Below are positions 45,507 to 55,400 of a stretch of 64,000 nucleotides of DNA, in pieces. How positions within the stretch are numbered: position 1 is the stretch's first letter; the number at the start of each line of letters is the position of its first letter. The position numbers were made by a program, and so were the translations under genes. The stretch spans positions 22,878,001 to 22,942,000 of the forward strand of contig JBHGNT010000006.1 of assembly GCA_043228905.1 (NCBI GenBank). The letters run 5' to 3'. Source of the DNA: Azolla caroliniana (lineage: Eukaryota > Plantae > Polypodiophyta). Under the pieces are notes generated by a model. It had not been told where the DNA came from. It saw only the letters and a list, made by a program, of their open reading frames with translations, and searched no databases.

Positions 45507-46777
45507 TAGATCGATCTTCCCACGAAGGCTTTGGCAAATTCATCCACGCTTGGACCAATTCCGGCATTTCAGATCGTCACCTTGTTAACGGGTTGGAGAT
45601 TTTGAATACGTAAGGACCCATTCTTCCTCGGCACCATAAACCATCTATTGGAGTAGGGAGCATTGGACGGCTCAAGAATTCCCATCCTAACCTTTTCCTT
45701 TAGAAGCTCAATCAACTTCGGAGTGTGAGCTCTTGGACCGGTATCGGCTTGAGGTTCGAGGGTACATGCGGGACCGTAAATATCACCATTGGCTCTATCA
45801 TCTTCGGATCGGCACATCTGATTTCAGAAGGTTGCGTGTTCGTTTCACGTCGGGTTCACCAATGTCGCGAAGTTTCGCGTGCGTGTGTCGCTCGAACGGG
45901 ACCGTCGGGGCCTTGGACTAGGGAGATGCAAGGGGTGAGGAAGTTGGAGATTAAGACAAAGACATGGGGAAATATACATAAGTTTTGATATAAATTAAGC
46001 TTAATACCACGATTTCAGTGGTTTTATTTCTTACATAGAATCAATTTCATCATTATTCAAAAACGGTAATCAACACAAAAGGGCTGAAAATAATAAGGTG
46101 AAGGCGAGTCTAGTGGGTTACGAGCTCGACTACTTCCGACGGCTATGTTGCCTCGATTCGGAGTAGTCCATGTGCCACTACAACCTCCCTTCTGCAATCG
46201 GCTACTAAGTTGACCACCATTGAGATGCCGAAAAAGCCATTGTTTAAGAAATCCAAACCCTAAAATCTTGAGTAAGAAGTATAATAGGAGCAAAACTCAC
46301 AAACCCTAAAATCATATGTCCTCTAATATGTTGAGGAGAAAGGAAGAAAAGTAGAAAAGAAGAAGCTCTCTAACCCTAACCCTAGAATAAAAAGGAGGAG
46401 AAAGGGATAAGGAGAAAGGGAGGCTTCAAAACCCTAACCCAAGAAGAAGATGAGAAGATGAAAACCTAGTGGTACACCCCTAAGGCAAAATGGGCGACCC
46501 TCGAATAAGGCCTATTCCTCCCCTCTTATAGAGGAAAGAGACACCTATTTTTACATTACATGCTTTTATTTTTTTATCACAAAAATGGAAAGGGAGCAAA
46601 ATATTACTTAATTTGTAGAGAGACTCAAACTCTACACCGCCCCATGTATACTTATAAGCTCTAACCACTAAGCTACTACAACTTTATTCTTATTATTATA
46701 TTTTCATTCATATATTACTTTATGAGATGTGCATGAAGCTTCGCTTTTTCTCACACTACACACGCCACACTACGACA
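45501..46777 (-). mobile_element. Gypsy-E: 5' LTR (45863-46777), extended Trp PBS and RT N-terminal fragment
   Basis: Minus-strand LTR TGTCGTAGTG...CGCGACA, 1-nt spacer, TGGTGAACCCGACGTGAA; RT GILEPSNAPYSNRWF...NLQPVNKVT; outer flank ACGT. Confidence 0.8.
45824..45861 (+). other. Copy of the 3' half of mature tRNA-Trp(CCA) including the CCA end (extended PBS, not a tRNA gene)
   Basis: TCAGAAGGTTGCGTGTTCGTTTCACGTCGGGTTCACCA matches the remembered plant tRNA-Trp positions 39-76 except A58>T. Confidence 0.85.
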
Positions 46778-47200
46778 ACGTCCTAACCCCACCCACTTGA
46801 ATTGGCTTGAGTGTATATTTCGGCGATGTTTCCTCAAGTTCATTCTTTGAATACCTAGAGCTAAGGCAACTTTAGTATCACTATATATTTTTTCTCTCGC
46901 ACCATTCACAACCATGTGTAGGGTTGCCCTCTTTGCAGCAACTTTTTTTATGCTCTGTACACCTTTCACTAAGTCTAGGGATGACTTCATAGACTCTACA
47001 ATCTCTTTTGAAACACATTGGTCCGTAAATTTTATTCTCCCCATGTCTTCATTCAAACGTTAATGGTGTAACACTCTACATATAATATCCCTACGATCCT
47101 CTTCACTAAATCTCTTCGTTATTTCTACCACTTGTCTCTTGGTCCTTTTGGATATACATGAGTTACTTGACAACTCACTCTCATTGGGGAGTATCATGGC
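46778..47200 (-). pseudogene. Probable N-terminal segment of the Sola2-like transposase
   Basis: ORF 46751-47056 (VALALGIQRMNLRKHRR...WVGLGR) is on the same strand and lies between the catalytic core and the putative terminus. Confidence 0.5.
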
Positions 47201-48049
47201 CACTAGATTTATCCAAAAAACTTAAGTGTCTTGCGAGAGTAGTTAATGTTATATACACTACACTAAGAAATTACAGTCAAATGTTTTTAAATGCGGCCTG
47301 CAAAGTGAGAAATCATTTGTTTCAGACATTTAAAGAAATACGTTTCAAAAATGACAAATAATCATTTCTTTATTCACAGATTTCTGAGAATGAAAAAATT
47401 TAGTACTGAAAATGAAAAAATAGATTTCCGAATATGAAACTAAATAGAATTCTGAAAATGTCTAAATTAAGAATAGGGGTGCTTACCATACCAAATAAAT
47501 CAATTATTGTTGAAGTCTCAAACAAGTATTGGAATACTTTCAAATGAGTGGAAAAAGTGAGGAAGATGAATGCGGTATTGTGCCTCCAATCGGTGGACAA
47601 ACCCTCAAATTGAAGGAGGATGCCTCGTATTTCAGTGATAATATGCCTCAAATCGGTGGAGGGAGCTTCGAATCTGTGTGATATTCTACCTCGATTCGGT
47701 GGAAGGATCCTCAACTCAGTGGAATAAGCCTCAAATAATCGTGAGATGAAAATTGCAATCGGTGGAAGAAGCCTGAAATCGTTCTCGAAGAAGTCACTAA
47801 TGGTTGTTATTAGAGGCCTCAGATTAGTCTCTAATCCTCAACTCAAACCCTAAAACATGTTTAGTGTTGAAGCACCCAAATATCTAAGATAGGGTTTACA
47901 CACTCTAACGATATACATGCATAACAAAACTCTGAGATGGGAGGACAACCTGAAACCTGACATGGATGTCTGAGATGAAGAGCTCAAAGAAACTAAGAGG
48001 GATAGAGGGAGAGGAGTTGGTTTGAGGGGAAGCGCCAAAAATGTTCAAA

Positions 48050-48411
48050 TCCACGTGAGGGGAAATTAGCCCCCAAAATGGAAAGAACATCTCCTCACGT
48101 GTTCCCCCCACCCCTTGTCTTAAATGTCACTTGTACTACACTCACCCCACTCCCCAAAATCAATTTTCTTTTACTCTGGTTATTTTTCCAATTATTTAGT
48201 ACTAACAGTATCGAAAGGACTGACGTTTTTTGTGGCCAAAAACAATACTTTCCTAGTACACCGTAGCGTGCTGCAACCCATATGGTTTTATAATAGACAT
48301 AGTCTTGATATCGATTCGTCGAATCATACTATTTTTCTTTTGAAGGAAATAACAACCAACAAGTTTTTATTCATGGGACTGCAATAAACAAGTTTCTATT
48401 CATGGAACCTT
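48050..48411. repeat. Putative terminus and subterminal region of the Sola2-like transposon
   Basis: Direct repeat AACAAGTTTYTATTCATGGRAC twice (48358-48408); ends GGAACCTT (CTC-like terminus) exactly where the chromovirus integrase frame begins. Confidence 0.5.
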
Positions 48412-51400
48412 TACTATCTTGCGAATGGATTATTGTACCAAAATAGTAAGGTTTGTATACCACACATAAAGGACATCAAGAATAAAATTCTTTATGAATG
48501 TCATGATGCCCCTTCTACTTGACATCCAGGTGTCCAAAGAACATTGACTTTGATTAAAGCTAGGTTTTTCTTGCCAAGAATGAAACCTAAGGTAGAGTCC
48601 TATGTTATTCATTGTCCACAATGTTAGGTCATTAAGGTTGAGGGACAGAAAAAAGCTGGCTTATTACAACCTCTCGATATTCGAGCTAAAAGGTGGCAAA
48701 GTATATCCATGGATTTCATAGTTGGATTACCTAGTTCCGCTAAGGTAAATAATGTCATTTGGGTGGTTGTTAATCGGCTTACCAAGATGGCAAGATTCAT
48801 TCCAACAAAATCCACAATTACTGCAAAGCAATTGGCGATTAAGTTTATTAAACATCTTTATAGCTTATATGGTCTACCGATGGATATTGTAAGCGATTGA
48901 GACTCCAAGTTTACAAGTACATTTTGGTTAGAAGTTATGAAGAAACTGCAAAAAACTTTGAGTCTCAGTTCTTCTAATCATCCTCAGTTAGATGGGCAGA
49001 TTGAGAGAGTGAATAAGATATTAGACTATATGTTGAGAGCATATGTAGCACAAAAACCCTAATTATGGGAGACTTATCTTCCAATGGTGGAATTTGCCTA
49101 AAATAGTACTAAGCATACATCAACAAAATATAGTCCGTTCATGTTGATGTATGGTTATACACCACATCTTCCTATTGATATTTCGTTTGACTCACATACT
49201 TTGGATATTACAAAGGATTTTCTCTCTGATATGCTTGAAGCACGTAAATTAGCAAAAGAAAACTTAGGATGGTACAGGAAAGAAATGTCTTTTATGCGAA
49301 TCATGATAGAAAGCTAAGGGAATTTCACGTAGGACAACAGGTTTTTGTACGGGTTCCTAAGGACTCAGAAACATTGAGAATAGGATTGTGTGCAAAACGA
49401 GCCCCACGGTATTGTGGACCATATAAAGTTTTAAAACATATAGGTTCCAATGCTTATCGTTTGGATTTGTTGTCCAATCTTATGGTTCATCCCGTATTCC
49501 ACGTGAGTCGATTAAAGGAGGCGATTGGTTATGATGATAATGTTGTCTCACCATCTGATTTATCAACATTTGAGGACGATCATTTTGCTCCACATGAACC
49601 TAAGGAAATCATGGACCATAGGTCTAGAAATCTAAGGTCAAAGGTTGTTCACCACTATAAGTTTAAGTGGAAGGATAGATTGGAAGAAGATGTTGGGATT
49701 TCGGTCCCTCCGGATGGGATGATGAGTACCCTACAAGGAAGACCCGGTGAAAACCGGATGATGCAGACCCGCTGAGAACCTCTCACCAAATGAAGGGACA
49801 TATATGTAAATATGTTTTTGAGAAGCCATTGGGGCTATATTTGTAAATAGTCCTAAAATCATATTAGTATAAATATGACCTAGGGCAAACACTATTTAGA
49901 CTTGTTGTAGATCATTGTAAGAGTCCTTGTATTGTATGCTTAATTGTTGTACAGAGAGAGAGAGAGAGAGATACAGAGTGAATCTCTGTTGTAACAGCCG
50001 CTAGGCGAAGATTGTTAGCAAGAGGTCGTTGCCTCGGTGTTCCTTTTCTTTGTTGAATTCTTCTAGACATAGTGATAATTTGGAGCTAGTGGGCTCCCGT
50101 GGTTTTTCCGTTTAGGGTTTTCCACGTAAACATCCTGTGTACTCTCTCTTGCTCTATTGTTTGTGTGTATACGTGCATTTCTTCCTATTCCCATCTTTCT
50201 GTGGTTGATCCTAAGACTCGGTTGTGGCCGAGCAATATTCCGCATATTCCTGTCAAACTGGTATTAAAGCAAACAACACAGAAAATGGAAGAACCTTTCG
50301 GCGGCATGTTTAAGCTCACCGGCTCCAATTACTCAGTGTGGAAGTCGAAGATGAGGGACATACTGGTGGTTAAAGATCTTTGGTTGCCGGTTCAATTCGG
50401 GGACAAGAGACCGGATAAGATCGATGCCACGGTGTGGGAGGTGATGCACATGAAGATGATGGCATACATCCGGTGCTTCATCGACATGAGCCTGTACAAC
50501 AATTTCGATGAAGATAGCAAGGCTCATGAACTCTGGGAGAAGATCGGCATCATGTTCCAGAACAAGAATGCCATTAATCGGGTTTCGGTATTTCGGAAGC
50601 TAGTGCGGCTGCGGTACCAAGATGGCTCCAGCATGGCGGAGCACATGAATGCCTTCCAGGGACTGATTCACCAGGCAACATCGTTGGAAGTACCTCTCGC
50701 CAATGAGGTACTAGCAATACTCCTACTCGGTTCCCTCCCAGATAGTTGGGAGACGTTAGTTGTCACTTTGGGTAACGTCAGGTTGGAAGGAAAACAGTTG
50801 TCCCTAGCAAGAGTCAAGTCGAGCTTGCTAGATGAGGAGGTGCGTCGGAAAGACAAAGAGGTGATCTCCGACCCCAAAGAGCTCCTTACTGAAGCGAAAC
50901 GTGGAAGACAAAGGAACCGGAGTCCCCAGAACCGGGAAAAGTCGGGGACATGGTCAAAGTCAAGGGGGAGGCCCACGTGCTTCTATTGTGGGAAGCCGGG
51001 GCACTTCCAGAAGAACTGTCGGCATTTCCGAAAAGACAAGGGAACCAACAGTACCGATTCGAAGCGATCTCCAGACCGAAATGGTTCGGACCAGAGAGGA
51101 ACGAACCAGAACAGAACAATGGCGATCGCGGCAAGGGAAGAGAAAATAATGCTCATCACCGAGGAGAATGAGCTAAACCTTGCCGACGACGAGACAACGT
51201 GGGTTGTTGATTCCAGGGCGTCGTTCCATCTTACTCCGTACCGGAAATGCATTTCATCGTACACAGTCGGCAAGCACGGTTGTGTCCGGATGGGGAATGA
51301 GGGAACATGCCGAATTGTCGGCATAGGAGATGTTGGTTGACAACACCAATTGGATGCAAGATGCTACTGAAGGATGTCTGACACGTTCCGGAGGTTCGAC

Positions 51401-52496
51401 TGAAACTAATATCAGCCGGTCAGCTAGATGATGAACGCTACACGGGTAGCATCTGGAATGATGTCATGAAGTTCAGCAAAGGGAGTCTGATAGTGGCTCG
51501 GGCCCGAAAGGTCAACACATTGTACCTGATGAACGCCCGGTTATGCCCGGAAGAAGTGAACGTAGCATCTGACATTGCCGGTGAGTTGTGGCACAAGAGA
51601 TTGTGTCATAGGAGTGAGAAGGGGATGAGGAGGCTCGCCAAAGACAACCTCATTCCGGTGAAAGATGTGCATCTTGAGAAGTGCACCGATTGCTTGTCCG
51701 GTAGGCAAAACCGGACCTCCTTCCGATCAAGGCCACCGATGAGACGGAATGCACCACTGGAGTTGGTGCATACCAATGTGTGTCAAGTGGACACGAAGTC
51801 ACATGCCGGATCACAGTACTTCATGACGTTCATAGATGACCACAACTGGAAGTTGTGGGCCACACCGCTGAAGATGAAGGATCAGGTGTTATCCGTCTTC
51901 AAGGAGCTCCACGCGAGAGTGGAGAGGGAAACCGGCCGGAAGCTAAAGGCGGTTCGAGCAGATAACGGAGGAGAATACCGGGGGCAATTCGAAGAGTATT
52001 GCCGCTCGAAGGGAATCCGGCTCCAATTTACCGTGTCGAAGACGTCGGAACTCAATGGGCTAGCCGAGAGGATGAACCGGACCATAATGGACAGGGTCCG
52101 GAGTATGTTAGCACATGCAAAGTTACCCAAGATGTTTTGGGCTGAGGCACTTACGACAATGACGTACGTGATAAACAGATCACCCTCAATACCCTTGGAC
52201 GGAGACATGCCACAAAGAATATGGACCAATAAGGAAGTGTCCTATCGGCATCTAAAGGTGTTCGGATGTCTCGCTTACGTGCATGTTGAAAAGGATCGGA
52301 GAGAGAAGTTAGATCCTAAGTCCCGGCCTTGCATATTCCTCGAATACGGCGATGATGAGTTCAGTTATCGAGTGTGGGATCCGGTCGACAAGAAAGTTTT
52401 CCGGAATCGAGATATTTTCTTCATGGAAGACAAGACCATTGCCGACTAGGAGTCGGAGAAGAAGATAATGAACTCCGAAGCGGTTGGTAAAGATCG

Positions 52497-55400
52497 TGAT
52501 GGAAACAATCGACACTTTCCAAACTTCACCTCTCGGCCACAACCAAGGAAACACACGAATCGTTGTTGCAGAAATGGGAAATGCAGAAGTAAATAAGTGG
52601 ACACACGATTTAACGTGGAAAACCCTGTACGGGAAAAAACCACGGGAGTACAAGACTCCGAACCAAAACTATGCACAGAGAAGTATACAATGGCGAGCTA
52701 CAAGGCGACGACCTTGAGCTCGCTGTCCTCGCCACAAGCGGCGGGAATACACAGAGGCGTCGACCTCTTCCTCTCTCACGCTCTATCTCTCTCACGGCTG
52801 CTCTCTCTTCACTTGTCTTAAGTGAAAAAAACAGAAAAATGAGTAGCAACATTAAAACTGTTTGCCCTAAGTCATATTTATACACATATGACTTTGGGGC
52901 TATTTACAACTATAGCCTCAAGGGCCCTTGGCAAACATATTCAAAGATATGTCCCCGCATCCGGATCTCTCTCCGGGTACATTCGTCATCCGGCTCCGAA
53001 GCCGGGGTCTTCATCATCCGGTTCCGAAACAGCAACCGGGCTTGTCGGCATTCATCTCCGACATCCGACCATCCCATCTGAAGGGACCGTAATCCCAACA
53101 AACTCCCCCTTCACTTCGGCATGGGATGTCTCTCCAATCCGATCCTCTTCCGGCATGCTTCCAGCTTGTCGGGTGTGAGCACCTTGGTCAGCATATCCGA
53201 CCCGTTCTCGTCCGTGTGGACCTTCGTCAGCACTAACTCCTTGTCTTCTATCCTTTCCCGGATCCAGTGATATCTTCGCTGGATGTGCTTCGTCCGGGAG
53301 TGATAGGCCGCGTTCTTCGCAAGGTGGATTGCACTCTGACTGTCGCAGTAGAGTCGGTACTCCTCCCGCCGGATACCTAGCTCTCTAATGAAGTTCTTCA
53401 TCCATATTATTTCCTTGCCGGCTTCAACAGCCGCCATGTACTCCGCCTCCGTGGTTGACAACGCAACCGTCTTCTGCAGCCTCGACTGCCATGAAACAGC
53501 TCCCCCTGCATACGTCATCACATACCGTGATGTGGACCGGCTGGTATCTGCATCAGCCGACATATCCGAATCGGTGAAGCCGTCGAGTTCGGGCTTACCG
53601 GAGCCGAATCGGAGGCACACGTTTGCCGTGGCCTTCAGGTATCGGAGTATCCACTTGGCCGCGTTCCAATGCTCTTTGCCGGGATTGCTCATGTACCGGC
53701 CCACCACTCCGACTGCATATCCTATGTCCGGTCGGGTACACACCATTGCGTACATCAAGCTCCCGACGGCAGAGGCATATGGTACTTTCATCATGTCCTC
53801 CTTCTCAGCCTTTGTCTTGGGGCTCTGCTTGCTAGACAACTTGCAGTTTGTCGGGAGTGTTGACCCGACCGGTCTTGCTTCCGACATGTTGAACCGGTGA
53901 AGCACCTTGGTCACGTACTTCTCCTGTGACAGCCACAACTGCTTCTTCTTCCGGTCCCGGATGATGTGCATCCCTAGTATTTTCCTCGCCGGACCCCGGT
54001 CCTTCATTGAGAAGGTTCGGTGAAGAGCCTTCTTCAGCATCCGTATCTTGACCTGGTCTCCTCCGACGATCAACATGTCGTCCACGTACAGGAGGAGTAT
54101 TAGAAAGTCTCCTCCTTCGAACTTCTTCACAAACACGCAGTGGTCGGACTGCGTTTTGAGGTACCCTTCGTCGGTCATGAAAGAGTCGAACTTCAGGTAC
54201 CATTGCCGGGGAGCCTGCTTCAGTCCGTAAAGGCTCTTCTTCAACCGGCATACCAAGTGCTCCTTCCCTTTCTTCTCGAATCCTTCCGGTTGCTGCATGT
54301 AGATCTCTTCTTCGAGGTCGCCGTGAAGGAATGCCGTCTTCACGTCCATCTGTTCTACCTCGAGTTCCATGCTTGCCGCTATGCTCAGCATCGTCCGGAT
54401 GGAGGTCATCTTCACTACCGGGGCAAATATCTCGTCGAAGTCGACGCCCTTCTTCTGCTGAAACCCCTTCACCACGATCCTGGCTTTGTATCTCGGGGGG
54501 TTTCCGGCATCTCCCGGTTTCAGCTTGAACACCCACTTGTTTCGAAGTGCCCGCTTTCCTTTCGGCAACTTCACAAGTTCATATGTGTGGTTCTCATGCA
54601 GGGAATCCATCTCGTCCTGCATGGCACTCAACCACCTGCGGCTCTGAGTGTCATGCTTTGCTTCTTCAAAGCTCTCCGGCTCCCCCTCGTCGGTTAGCAG
54701 CACGTGCTCTGGTTCCGGAAATCTCCGGGGGGCCCTTCTCTCTCTTAGAGGATATCTCCGTTCCGGAGCTTCGGTAACCGGTTCTTCCGATTCTTCTTCA
54801 TCTGAATCCATTTCGGGATCGGGGCCGGTTCCGGTATCATTTTCATCTTCTTCGGCCGGTTCTGTTTCTTCACCGTCTTCGGCCGGATCCTCGAGTGCTA
54901 ACCGGTCCCTTGCCGGTCGGGACTGCTCCTCGTAGAGTTGATCCTCACCGGTCGACTTGGAGCTCTTCATCTTCTTCTCCGACTCCCAGTCGGCGACTGT
55001 CTTGTTCTCCATGAAGATGATATCACAACTCCGGAATATCTTCTTGTCGACCGGATCCCATACTCGGTAGCCGAACTCGTCATCGCCGTAACCGAGGAAT
55101 ATGCATGGCCGGGTCTTTGGATCTAGCTTTCCTCTCCGGTCCTTAGCCACATGCACATATGCGAGACACCCGAACACCTTCAGATGCCGGTAGGATACTT
55201 CCCTGCCGGTCCACACTCTCTGCGGCGTGTCTCCGTCCAAAGGTACTGAGGGTGATCTGTTTATCACGTATGTCGCTGTCGACATTGCCTCAGCCCAAAA
55301 CCCCTTGGGTAATTTCGCATGCGCCAGCATACTCCGGACCCTCTCCATTATGGTCTGGTTCATCCTCTCGGCCAGCCCGTTCAGTTCCGGCGTCTTCGGC

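Noticed and set aside
45824-45861. tRNA-Trp gene or tRNA-derived SINE
   Set aside because: The 5' half and A-box are absent, CCA is encoded, and it abuts an LTR with PBS geometry.
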